A stretch of DNA of 63,068 nucleotides, the filler included, from Octopus bimaculoides (lineage: Eukaryota), in NCBI RefSeq assembly GCF_001194135.2. It is 6 parts of 5 records of this genome, joined end to end, with 100 filler letters (N's around TTAATTAATTAA, not from the genome) between each part and the next. Parts side by side here need not be neighbours in the genome. Positions count along the whole stretch, not along the records: positions 1 to 16,790 come from NC_068997.1; positions 16,891 to 30,158 come from NC_068992.1; 4 more parts are not named here. One strand, written 5' to 3'. Position numbers and translations under genes: made by a program. The notes beneath the pieces were generated by a model. It saw only the letters and a list, made by a program, of their open reading frames with translations, made no database searches and had not been told where the DNA came from. The stretch's first letter is position 1. The number at the start of each line of letters is the position of its first letter. Below, piece by piece: positions 12,471-25,400 of the stretch.

Positions 12471-12729
12471 NNNNNNNNNNNNNNNNNNNNNNNNNNNNNN
12501 NNNNNNNNNNNNNNNNNNNNNNNNNNNNNNNNNNNNNNNNNNNNNNNNNNNNNNNNNNNNNNNNNNNNNNNNNNNNNNNNNNNNNNNNNNNNNNNNNNNN
12601 NNNNNATATATATATATATATATACATGCACTTGTATCTATCTATCTATATCTATATACAATCCTTTTTTTTTCTTGGAACGGTGAATCTCGAAACAGAT
12701 AAAGCTATAAAAACAGCATATGAATATTA

Positions 12730-14200
12730 GACCAATCCACGATAAGGTATTTGTCTTGACTACAATTTTTTTTTCAAACAGTATCTTTTAATTTACACAT
12801 ACAGCCTAAAAAGAAATTATTATGGCTGCTGGAGATCAACTAGAGTCCGATGTGGTCGAGTTTGGCTTAAATCGTTACGAGTTAATTTCATTTCATCTGA
12901 AGATCTGAGTAGTCAAATATATTTTGATACAATTTGATAAATACTTTATAAGATGTAAGTGGCATGTGAATGTATAACAAATATAGGAATATTTTAGCAA
13001 GGTGCAATGGCGGATTAGACCACATTGCATATGTTTTTCTTAATAGTTCCAGGTTATTTATTGCAGTTTTGTGTGTTTTATTTTGTCTTTAAATCCGATA
13101 GGGATCAGTGTATGAGTGTAACAAACAATTAAAGGAATCATTGAAAATTTGTTACTTAGCAAGAGGATTAGATTACTTCAATGCCAGATTTTAAACTTAT
13201 CTATTGATCGTGTTCTTCTATATGCCGTGTAGGGTTTCAATGAGCTTATTGATAACAAAGGGAGCTATTGCGATTAAGATTCACGTCTAAGAAATTCAGT
13301 TTTAACATAGACTCTATAGTGATTCGAAACTTTAGATTTCTAGGAAAGAGAAGTAAGCTTTTCTAAACTCTTTTAGCTCGGAGAATCATAGCTTCTTAAT
13401 AAAGAAATGGCATATTCTCTGTATAAATTGGGAAGAATTTAGATTTTAATTTTATCAAGAGGTCGTCGTTACTGTCAAAGACCTCGCACGTTTTTTGGCG
13501 TCCATACTAACACCATTAAAGAAAAGTTGAAGTCCTTTTTAATAAAAAAGCTTTGTCGTAATACAATATTTTTGCATGCATGCATGCATGGTGATCTAAA
13601 TTTCTTAACCTTTGATAATGGTTACTTTTTTTTTTAGCGTAGCTTAGAGTCTTTGATAATAAGTGTTCACAGGTGGATAAATAATCACAATAGCTTTTAA
13701 CATGAAATTGTCGCAAATTTTCTACGCTGGGGATGGAGTTGAATCTTTGGGCGTTATTCCAGATCGATAGAGACTTACAAAATATTTTCAAGCGTAGATA
13801 TAATCTTATCCAAATTGTAGTTGCTTATGACACCAATATCTGTTTTGAAAGTGGTTTGATAGCGTCGAATAATCTACTAAAATAGTTATATTTAAAATCA
13901 TCCTTGTGATCTTTAAATGTGAAATATGGGTCTCTTTAAACAATTGGCTTGGCCTCATCATCATCACTTTCTAGATTCGTAGCTATTAATTTTTTATGAG
14001 TATTGACGTTGTCCAAGATATTTCAGGGTTTGTTTTTTCGAGATTTTAGTGAAATGTTAGAGAGAGATCTTTAATTATTAATCTCTTGTGGTTTCATGTT
14101 GCCGATACTGAGCTGTGTTCAGACTAAGACATTTGGGTCTAGTTGACTCAGTTGTTTAACTGTCAATATGTTAGATGTTATTTATCGTTGTTGTTCTACC
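12730..14200 (-). mobile_element. Heavily decayed Penelope-like element (RT region)
   Basis: Minus-strand remnant PYFTFKDHKDDFKYNYFSRLF...DIGVISNYNLDKII...FNSIPSVE..QFHVKSY parallels the element at 43030-44700; many stops and frameshifts. Confidence 0.6.
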
Positions 14201-14469
14201 TCTGCCCAGCCTTGATCGAGCATACATATACGACTGATTTACCTTTCGTTATTTCAGCCTGAGTGTATCTTGGACTAAATATTCTAAAGTGTTGCTTCTG
14301 TTAGGGAATAGAGAGCATAGCAACGTAGAATCTGATGGAGATTTGAGTTCGACTTTTTTTTCTAGTACAGAAAGCAGCTATGTGGAAGCCCCTTCGATAC
14401 ATTATCTTGTTATTGTTGTTGTCGTCGTCATCGTTGTTGTTGTTGTCACTAGATGTCATCTTTTAGACT

Positions 14470-14870
14470 AAAGTTTTACTAACCACATGGTCCCGGGTTC
14501 AGTCCCATTGCATGGTACCTTGGGCAAGTGTCTTCTTCTATAGCCGCGGACCGACCAAAGCCTTGTGAGTGGATTTGGTAGACGGAAACTGAAAGAAGCC
14601 CGTCGTATATGTATATATATATGTGTATGTGTGTGTGTGTGTGTGTTTGTGTGTCTGTATTTGTCACCCCATCAACGCTTGACAGCCGATGCTGGTGTGT
14701 TTACGTCCCCGTAACTTAGCGATTCGGCAAAAAGAGACCGACAGAATAAGTACTAGGCTTACAAAGATTAAGTCCTGGGGTCGAATTTCTCGACTAAAGG
14801 CGGTGCTCCAGCATGGCCGCAGTCAAATGACTGAAACAAGTAAAAGAGTAAAAGAGTAACGAGAGAGTAA
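14470..14870 (+). mobile_element. Microsatellite-containing SINE, nearly complete
   Basis: ggttcagtccc B-box-like motif, ttgggcaagtgtctt core, internal (TG)n, tail (aaaagagt)n. Confidence 0.9.
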
Positions 14871-15270
14871 CACTTTTTACAGGGTGTTGTTGAAGCATTG
14901 TGCTGTATTGTTATTTGTGAATGTCTTGTTCGAATGTGATGCGTTGTATGTTGTGAAGTGTTTACGATACGTGTTGTTTTGCTGAGTCGAAACGTGGTAT
15001 ACAGTTATGTGCTTGTGATGAGATGCTATAATAATGTGTTGTTGAGATGTGATGAGTTTGTCATGTCTGCTGCAGTATAACTTCGTGTTGTCAGGTGTTG
15101 TGATATGTAGTTGACTGAACAACTATAAATATAGTTTTTGTCTGTCTCGTGTTGATAGTAAAGTTGATAGATGTTTCAAGTACGCTGTGCCAGATTGAAA
15201 ATCAAAAAAAAATTTTTTAAAGCAGAAATGGATAGTCATGTGTAGAAGGACTTTGATCAAAGACCTGCCC

Positions 15271-15976
15271 GGATCTTGTTCAAAACGGGGGCACCAGTAT
15301 TTTCTTAACGAAACACTAACGAAACACTTTGAAACTTGGGACACTGGTAGAANNNNNNNNNNNNNNNNNNNNNNNNNNNNNNNNNNNNNNNNNNNNNNNN
15401 NNNNNNNNNNNNNNNNNNNNNNNNNNNNNNNNNNNNNNNNNNNNNNNNNNNNNNNNNNNNNNNNNNNNNNNNNNNNNNNNNNNNNNNNNNNNNNNNNNNN
15501 NNNNNNNNNNNNNNNNNNNNNNNNNNNNNNNNNNNNNNNNNNNNNNNNNNNNNNNNNNNNNNNNNNNNNNNNNNNNNNNNNNNNNNNNNNNNNNNNNNNN
15601 NNNNNNNNNNNNNNNNNNNNNNNNNNNNNNNNNNNNNNNNNNNNNNNNNNNNNNNNNNNNNNNNNNNNNNNNNNNNNNNNNNNNNNNNNNNNNNNNNNNN
15701 NNNNNNNNNNNNNNNNNNGGGTTAGGGTTAGGGTTAGGGGATTAATACGATATACACCGTTACAGCGCTAACTGTTTTCAACTGAATATACGTCAGTGAT
15801 TAGTAGAAATTATCGAAATAAGACAATTTTTTACATGAAATAAATTCGAATACAAAAATTTTTTTGTGTTCTATAACACAAAATAGATAAGTATACGAAG
15901 TTTGAAAGTCTTTCGGTACCAAAAACACTACATAAAACATAAATGAAAACTGGTGCCCCCGTTTTGAACAAGATCC
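15271..15976. mobile_element. Non-autonomous TIR transposon (Merlin-like or hAT) with 8-bp TSD and internal TTAGGG repeats
   Basis: Perfect TIR GGATCTTGTTCAAAACGGGGGCACCAGT at both ends; acctgccc at 15263-15270 and 15977-15984; centre largely N. Confidence 0.9.
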
Positions 15977-16487
15977 ACCTGCCCGTTCAGACCTGGCCAG
16001 GGGCTAAGCAACATACGTACTTTAACATAACAACACGCCCATTTGGCAAAAGCGCACATACAACCACATGCTTCGGGCGTATACATGTACGTACTAACAC
16101 CGACAAACATATGAACACACACATGGACAGTTGAAATGTAACGCTTATATAAGGAAAGGGGATGGTAACAATTGACGGGAGAAATCAATGGGAAAAGGAC
16201 AGAAAGAAAGAAAGAGAGAGGCAGGAAGAAAGGGGAGGTGTGAGGAAGAGTAAGAGGAAATTAGGGATAAGTGGGTGTGGCTGCGAGTTTTATTTGATGT
16301 TCTGCTCACCTGCTCGAGATAATACGAAATTTGCCAAACAACGGGGGACGCGCAAACACAGACACATACACGGAGATATACACAATGACACGCACAAATA
16401 CTTGTATGCAAATATTTAACGCAAACGCAAGTAAGGGCATCTATACACACCTATCTAACTCTTCCTATCCTTGTTTATCTGTCAGTC

Positions 16488-16511
16488 CGTCTATCTATCT
16501 ATCTATCTATG

Positions 16512-16580
<69 letters not shown>

Positions 16581-16585
16581 CTATG
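16488..16585. repeat. (ATCT)n microsatellite
   Basis: Directly visible. Confidence 0.95.
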
Positions 16586-19500
16586 GACAGACGGTAGACG
16601 TGTCGGCTCCGTAAGTTTTGCCTTTTTCATGTTTTAAAAAGTTTGTTTGTAAAGTTTATTTTATATAGAAAGTTGTATAACAACTTATAGACTCTCTGGT
16701 GCAAGTTTTTTTGCGACGGAAATCTGCCCTGTGTGGCACATTTCCAGGATTTAAAAATCAATTTCGGCTTTATAGCCATTTTTTTGAGACNNNNNNNNNN
16801 NNNNNNNNNNNNNNNNNNNNNNNNNNNNNNNNNNTTAATTAATTAANNNNNNNNNNNNNNNNNNNNNNNNNNNNNNNNNNNNNNNNNNNNATTAAAAAGT
16901 ATTAATTGTAATGTGTTAATATAATATTGATTACATATATCTCTGAATTAGTGTTAGTGGTAAGGAGACGCCGGCGGAGAATTTCTTTCTTTTATTGAAT
17001 AAAAATTTGTATTAAAATGAATTGTCTATGATTTCGCACGTGCGAGGATTGAAGCTGGACATTCTCTTTGTAAATTTCAACACTGAAAATGTAAATGTTA
17101 CACTTTGTAAGAATCGTTCTTGCTGGTAATGGCGGTGGCGGTGGTGGTGGTGGTGGTTTCTTTTTTTGTTGATGTAGTGGAATTGGTTACTGATGATGGC
17201 AGTAGTTTTTACCTACTGTAGGTTGTCACGGTAGCAATGGAATCGACAATATTGTTCACTGTTTCGTGATGTTTTATTTTTGTTTACTATTCAATTTGGT
17301 GATTTTGTAATGAAAATGAAAAAGTCGTGTTTTCGTAGAATTTCCACGGATCCGACAAATATAACATTTTTTCACTACGATACTGAAATATTAGGAAGAG
17401 GCGGTACGACTACCGTCGATGAGAATAGAGCTGTTAAATAGGGAGCATGAATATTTTTCAAAGAATTTTGATAGGTTGAGTTGGGCCACACATGTCCACT
17501 GTCATTAATGAAACATAAACTTTAAAATTGGGCACAGAACTTTCATGGCTGGCTACTTTCGAACAAATGCACAAGTGCATCGTCTGATGAGTAACCGTTC
17601 TCATCAATGGCGTTTTGCTTTTTGCTTTTTATTTCAAGATTAAATCATGAGCATGTGCTGGTAGTGGTGATAGAGGGGATTTATCGAGGACTTAATCGAG
17701 CACCAGAATAGTGTTCATTGCAAGCATAATTTCAACTGGCGAAACTGAAATTACGGCTATCTCATAAATTGTCCGTTGATAGTCCTTGCCTCAAAGTATT
17801 CAAAAGTAACTTTTACAGAATATACCGGATGTTACGCTTTTTTATAGAACGTGTACTAGCTTTCAAGCGAAAATCCTACATTGTGATATTTGGAGCAGAT
17901 TTGTCATTACGGTAACATTGAGACTGTTTCATTTGAACAAAATTAAGTCTTCTTAGATTAAAAGAAAATACATGCAAGCTTATCATTTAACACCTTAGAG
18001 TCAAAATAAGGCGATCGATTGACAGAATTTGTCAGACAGACGCCTGGCGGTATTTATTCTGACTTTTGTTGTATAACTCTGTCACCCTACCGAAGTCGAT
18101 TGTACTTTATTTTACCGATTTCGGTGTTACTGGAGGTCAATTTCTCTTTCTCTAAGAATCGGTTGATCTCATTCAAATGATGATGCCGACTGGCCCTAAG
18201 TCCAGATTTAAGAGCAGAGTTGAAGCAAGGGACAAGTAGCCTCTTATATAGCTTACTAGCTTACTACAGAAACCGTCCCGAAAAATCAAAGGAAATCTTT
18301 CCAGCTCAGATGCAGACATTGCAAGTATAGACAGACTGAAGTGTGATGCAGAAGGGACGAATTAAGAACTAAGGATAGTCAAAATGAGCTCATTAATGAG
18401 TTCAGTACGGATCAAATTAGAAAAGTTTTTTTATCAGAACGTAAGCTTCTTAACTATTGCTTTCTTGCAAATGCAAAAAACATCAAATTTGGATCAAATT
18501 TGTATCGAACAAGTCTGAAGAGTAAAGCTGACCTTGGCAGGAATTGGGTTCAGAACATAAACAAGGGGAACGTATCTTTTAACTATACTGCCGTTGAGAA
18601 GGTAATTGTGTTTACTACTCCTGATTCGTCACATATATCTAACTTCATTGGTTGTACGATATGTTGATCTCAATAAAGTTACAAATATAAAGAAAAAGAT
18701 TTATTGGTTTTATTGACTATAATCAAAAGAAAGGCTGTAATAATGAGTCTAGTCATGCCTGGCTGTTGTAATGGTTGTCAAGTAATTTAAAACCACTTTA
18801 TTCCATTGTGTATTTTCTTTTTGTGTCTGTCACTGTTTCAATGCACGTGGAGTTAGGGCAATTGATTCTTGCAATCAAATTACAGCTTTCTCTGGATTTG
18901 TTCTAAATGTCTATAATGTAATATAAATGTCCTCAACGAAAGAAATTCTGTGAGAATTTCACTGTTTTAATATTCAGTAGTCAGCAAAAACCTGAAAAGG
19001 TTAAGACTTCTGTAGTTTACATTCCTGACCTACAAAAAGCAATTATGTCCTTTGTTACTCTGAATCAAACTCTAGGAATCGATTTTAAATCCGAGTGGAG
19101 TTAAAAGTTATTTAAATTCCTTTGAGGGAACTATCGTCATGACATCAATTTGAATGAAAATTTCCTATCTAATATTGTTTTTTGATATAGGAGTGTACAG
19201 TTGTTGTAGAAGAAATAATTTGAAATATTTTGAAATCAATTTTTCAACAAGACAAACATGAGAAGGAAGTTCTTTGGTGAAGATGACAAAGTAATGAATA
19301 TAATTATTCTACCACTAAGGATAGATTTAAGGAAGAAATATTTCACGTCATATTCGTCTCAGTTATTAAAATGTTTCAGGACGCTCCAATGTTGCATCAT
19401 ATTTCTGAAATATATTTGGATCCATTAGAAATGATTGAGCTTAAAAATAATTAATTGCTTGAAACGTATAATATTGATGTTTCGACTGAAACGAAAAATT

Positions 19501-21305
19501 AGATATTCCATTAAAAATCAAATATTCTCCATTTAAAATCAAATGTTTGTATGACATCTGAGGCTGATCTTACTGATAACTTTCATCCACTCCCTAAGCA
19601 ACATGTATCTATATCGGAGAGTATAAATATTTCTACTCCAATTCCACCAACTGAATTATTAAATAAACTTATCGAGCTGCACCTTGAAGAACTCTTCTTT
19701 GAAGATTTTTGCTGCTTGCCAGCAAATTTATGGATCTTAGTTGTCAAATCATCTGCATACTAACTGATATTATAAATATAATAGTTTTGACTTGATAAAA
19801 TGAATTTGCTTTTTATAATGCTTTGGCATGATTATAATCATGATTATAATGTAATATTTTTGTGTATATTACAGTGTAATAGACTTGGCTATCCACGCCG
19901 TTGGCTATGGCCGTATGCTAAACAGGTGATAAATTATATATATCATCCACTCAGACTTACAAGAGAGCCCTTACGTTATCGTTCGACTGTTAGAAATAGC
20001 TATCAAATATCCTTCAAACCATATCTTGTCATCATGAAAATAGAACATAATGAAGCCGGTGGTTTGGTAGACTCATTAGTGAACCGCAATTAGATATCTA
20101 TTGTACTTAGGGCTTTTTTTTTCTATTCTAACTTAAAATCCTGCTGCAGTCACTTTTGCTATTTTTTCTTCTCGAATCGACAGAATAAAACACTAGTCAT
20201 GTATTGGTACACATTTAATATTTCTATATCCGGGATGTCAATGATATAATAGAAGATAATATAGTCCTAGAAATATCAAAAGATGTGATGGTCATGATTG
20301 GAATGCCTTTGATCATGCCTTTTCTCATTCAAAGCTCAAGTAGGGTAAAGACAACAGCAACAACGACAGGAGAACCTTTATGAGGGAATACGTACGCAAT
20401 ACTACGCACTCAATAATGTAGTCGAAAACAAACTATGTCCCAAAAAGCAGGATATTCATAGCGGGAACGCCTTTAACTATAAGTGTACGTGACCAAAGTT
20501 AGTCTAAAAAGCAACTTCTAAGGAGATGGACTGGGATACTGAAAAGTGATCACACGTATGCGGTGGCGGCTGATCCCGAGTATTTTATCTCCCCTAGCTA
20601 CTAAAAGTTTGGGTATTTTACATTTCTAAATTTGTATGACATCTGAGGCTAATGACCTTAGCACTGATCTTACTGATAACTCTCATCCACTCCCTAAGCA
20701 ACATGTATCTATATCGGAGAGTATAAACTGTCACTTGTCTTCGAACATCATGCTATTACTCAATCTGCTAAAAATAGTACTAAAAACAATTCTAAACCAA
20801 ACACTGACGTCAAAGACGAAGATAATGCAGTCTAGAATAAATGTAACGAAAAAGACGAGAAAGTCATGGTAAGAATGCCTTTCACCATAAATCTTTTCTA
20901 CAGGGCCTACACGAGAGTAAATAACAGCCACTAATCAACACCACTACCACCCAGGCAATTAACATCATTTTCACTAATGCACCACCCCAGCCAACTACGC
21001 CTTACAGCAACATTAGTAACGATAAACGCATTTCAGCGCGATAAATCTTTGGGATAAAAAAAGTTGAAGGCTGCTCATGGAACTCGAACCCATATATTCT
21101 GGAAGCATGACGTTTAAAAAGTATTGATGCGACTACCGAAGATGCAATTAGCACTATATCCCTATCTCCCGGGCTGGGTTTTGAACCCGTACTCTGGTCA
21201 GTTGAAGGCAATGGTATTTCCTTTGTCTTGTTAACAACCACAGCTATTTTTAGCGTAGCTGCCCCTTTCCGGTCAGCGAAAGTTCAAAAAAGGCAGGATA
21301 GGATT

Positions 21306-21752
21306 TGTACCGACCGACCCATCTTGGGAGGGGGTAGAGTAGCATTATGAGCTATGGTATTTGGGATGAATAGGAGAACAGGAATTGGCGCGAAAGCAGT
21401 CGGCCGAGGCAGTTAGCAGAGAATTTTAGCGAGTCGAGTTGTAGCAGCCAGCCGAGGCAGTTGGGGACAGCAGTTTGCCCGAGATGGGGCCAGTCGAGTG
21501 AGATGAAGTGAAGATGAGAAAGAGATAGCGAGTCTTGTCGTCCGAAGCAGTTGTACAGAGATGAAGATGAAGAATAAGTCTGGCAGAGAGAAAGCTATGG
21601 TCAGCAGAAATGCATAGAGTCCCAGAGAGAGAGAGGGACAGAGAGATGGGATACTGGCAGCCAAAAGAGATAGCAGTAGTTAGTTGTTTACCTCTTGGAT
21701 TATAGTGAGTTTTGTGAAAGAAAAGAATTGAGCACAGCAAAGGTTTGTTACA
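21306..21752. mobile_element. Possible solo LTR
   Basis: Sharp compositional island bounded by TGTAC...GTTACA; no matching TSD found. Confidence 0.35.
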
Positions 21753-22086
21753 AATATTCTTCCAAGAAATGTATTTGTTTGATGTTTAAAGAAAAAGGCT
21801 GTTAACCGTGATGTTAACTTGAAAGAGAAAGAACTTTTACATGTGTAACTGAAAAGAGAAAAGAAAGAACTTTTGATGGACTTAATGATTGCGAACCTTT
21901 GATTATGTTCACGCAATGTCACACCATTATATGCTATTGAACTGTTATGTAATGTTTTGAAATGTATTCTCATGTTTATGTAATGCTTTATTCTCATGTT
22001 TTTGATGTTAGGTAAAAAGAAAAGGTTACCCAACGCATGGTCTTCGTGTTGTTTCTTCCTACCCTCCTTTTGCCTGTGTTGTTCTT

Positions 22087-22226
22087 CGTTACGTGCTCCA
22101 GCCGGGGCTTTATTATTGGTCAGGGTGAACAAGGCGGGCTGCTAGCTCACTGAGCGTGAAGTTCGCGCGCGCGCGAGTTCTCTCTTCGGTATTAAGGAGG
22201 TGCTTCGCGTGCGGGCGTTCGTAACA
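22087..22226 (-). mobile_element. Possible short LTR-like segment
   Basis: CpG-rich 140 bp; minus strand TGTTACG...AATAAA...CGTAACG (near-perfect terminal inverted repeat); no TSD found. Confidence 0.35.
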
Positions 22227-22441
22227 GTATAATTGAAGTAATAAAAAGAAACATTGACGATTTTCATATGAAATTTTACGTCTTTGAAAGATTGTTTTTA
22301 TTCTTAATAAAATTATTTAAAATATTTAACACAGTGTGAAACTCTGCGGATTGAAAGAAAAGTACAATGATGAATTTTCTGATGTGGTATTGGTTTACGA
22401 ATTATTTTGCGATGAAATTGTCTGTGATGTATATACTACGA

Positions 22442-22479
<38 letters not shown>

Positions 22480-22489
22480 ACACTCACAC

Positions 22490-25400
22490 ACACAGGGAAA
22501 GACTTGTAAGAAGAGGACAGAGCAGTGTCGATCATCTGATTGTAAAACACGTGGCAAATCATCCCCGGACTCAAACCACAGCAGATCGATAAATGTTACA
22601 GGAAAGACCTCTTCCCGACAGAAAACTGCATGTTATGAAGCTGGTGCATCAGTTAGTACTCAGAGGAAATTGAGGGTTCTGTGGCCTGCTGCTAATGAGA
22701 AAGGAAAATATAAAGAGTTTGAAAACAAGGTATGTCGAGCTCATTATAAAATGACAGGATCTACAGTGGAGAAACTGGGAAAGTTAACAAGCTCAATTTA
22801 CGATACAGGAAAGGAATTATTTGGAGTGAAAGAGAGTATCTGATTAGCGAAAGGAAAGTGTGGACCAAGCAGGAGGATCAGGAAAATGAAACAGTTGAGG
22901 AAAGAAAAGACCAACTTAAGAAAGCGATCGAAATGTGCTACAGAAACTGAAAAACCTGGCCTCGCTCTGCTGTACGACGATTTGAAAAGGAAATGCCGTG
23001 ATGTGCAACGACATATCCACCGATATGAGCGACGAAAGGAAAGTAAAAGAACTCGGGGTCAGTTTCTGAAGGACCCGTACGGGTTTACTAAGAAACTGTT
23101 TACTGAACCGAAGCGTGGCACTTTATCGTGCACGAAACAAAAATTGGACGCTCATATCAAAGAAACCTAGTGATCCGCACCGTAACCAGCCACTGCCACC
23201 TCTACATGGGCTAAAACATCTCTTAGAACCTGATATCGAATTTTAAATTGGGGACATCAGGGAGAAAGAGGTGAATGATTTCGTAAGAAAGCTAGAGCAA
23301 AGAGTGCCCCAGGATGTGATGGCGTCTCGTATAAAGTTTACAAATATTGCAATCGTCTGCGAAAAAAGCTCTTTGTCCTACTCCGACAGCTGTGACGCGA
23401 AGATACTCTCGTGGAGGATTGGTGTAAGGTAGAAGGCATATACCAGCCAAAGAGGACAATGCAGAAACTATAAGACAGTTTAGGCCAATATCCTTATTGA
23501 ATGTGGAAGGCAAGATTTTTATGGGAATTCTTTCTAGGACAAGTGACATATTTACAGAGTAATGGATATGTTGATGAATCTGTTCAAAAGGCCAGAATTC
23601 CTGGGATCCCAGGATGCATTGAACACTGTTTTTCGATTTGGAAAGCGATCCAAGATGCCAAACAGAACAAGAGAAGTCTGAACGTGGCATGGCTTGACCT
23701 AACTAATGCATATGGCTCAGGGCCACACGAATTACTAACGAGAGCCATGGACCACTCTACATTCCAGACAAAGTAACCAAAATAGTGAGGATGTATTACG
23801 ATAGTTTCGAGATGAAGTTTACATCTGGAGATTTTACAACAGATTGACACCGATTGGAGATTGGCATTGCTGCTGGCTGTACAATATCTGTCACGTGGTT
23901 TATTTTAATCATGGAGATAATTTTGAAAGTCGTGTATTTTTCGGAACAAATCGCTCATGTACAATCGCTTAAGAAAGCCTTCATGGATGACGTGACACTT
24001 TTATCTACAGATATGCAAATCATGCAGAGTGCACTATTGGGACTAGATGTGCTTGTGAGATGGTCAAGGATGCAGTTTAGAGCAAAAAGGTTGCGTAGTC
24101 TGACATTTGTTAAGGGAGTGCAGAAAAAATTTAAGTTTTGAATAGCTGAAGAAAGCATTCCAACAGTCAAAGAACCCGTCAAGAGCTTGGGGCGAATATA
24201 TGCTGGAATATTGTCAGATAGGACTCGCAGAATGGAAATTATGAAACAAGCCGTGGTTTAACAAGTGAATATAAAATTTGGTGCTTGCAGTTCGGCTTGT
24301 ATCCGCGACTTTCGTGGCCACTTTTAATATATGAGGTAGCATTATCGCGAGATCAGATCATTGAACAAAAATGTAATGTGTTCATAAGAAATTAGCTAGG
24401 CCTACCTCGGATGTTGAACAGTTCAGCTCTTTATCGTAAAAGAGGCTCGTTGCAGTTACCACTGGCGTCAATAGTCGAAATATACAAACTGGGGAAGGTA
24501 CGAACGGTGATGATGATGAGAGGATCGAAGGACATGGAAATCAGGCGTAATCCACCAGAGGTGAAAACAGCCAGGAAGTGGAACGCAGAAGCAGAGACTG
24601 ATGACATCTTGTCTTCTCTTACACAGAGAGATATGGTGGGTGCAACGCAGAATCATCGGAAGGGACTTGGTTTTGGTGCAGATCAGTTCAGACCGTTTGC
24701 AAGTTTGATGCGGAGCGAACGCAGATCTGTTGTTAGCAACAGCGTCAAAACGAGGGAAGCAGCGAGAATAGAGCTTCATTTGATCCAATGTATTCAACAA
24801 GGAAAGATGACGAGATGGGAGGAAGATGTTGAGAGGAAAATAAGTTGGGATGAGATATGGAGGTGGACCACATCTCGGCTAAGTTTTCTGTCATCACCTA
24901 CAAATCTCAGAAAATGATATATGCAAATGCAAAAAGGTCGGAACACTGAAACATTCTTTCCAACTATTCATTAGCATTGAACAGGTATACATTGAGACAC
25001 AACCTGGTCCCTAAGGTTATCTTCAATACTATAAAGAACCAAAATGATCTCAACAACAGGGGCGAAAAACGTTGAAAGTACAACTAGAGATTTCATTACT
25101 TTCGTGCGCTCAGAACAGCGGATCCGTTTCAAGAAGAGCAACGAACTTCCTGTGAGCGATGGAACGTGGAACCGCTATTGGGAGGTGACTGCAGATTTAC
25201 CAGGGTGCCAGGGACTCTTTCCCATCCCAATCACGAAAAAGACCGAACAATTTAATGTGGTGTGAAGGAAAGAAAGTTGTGAATCTAGTCGAGTTAATGG
25301 TTCCTAATGAAGATAACATGGATGCTGCTCGGGCTCGAAAGATTGACCGTTATGTAAACCTCCTCGAGGAATGTGAAGACGCAGGCTTCAAAGTGGAGCA

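Noticed and set aside
16835-16846. TTAATTAATTAA islands inside N runs (also 30203-30214, 46707-46718, 53862-53873, 60837-60848)
   Set aside because: Each sits in the centre of a 100-base gap (44 N + 12 + 44 N) and has stops in all six frames; scaffolding linker, not biology.
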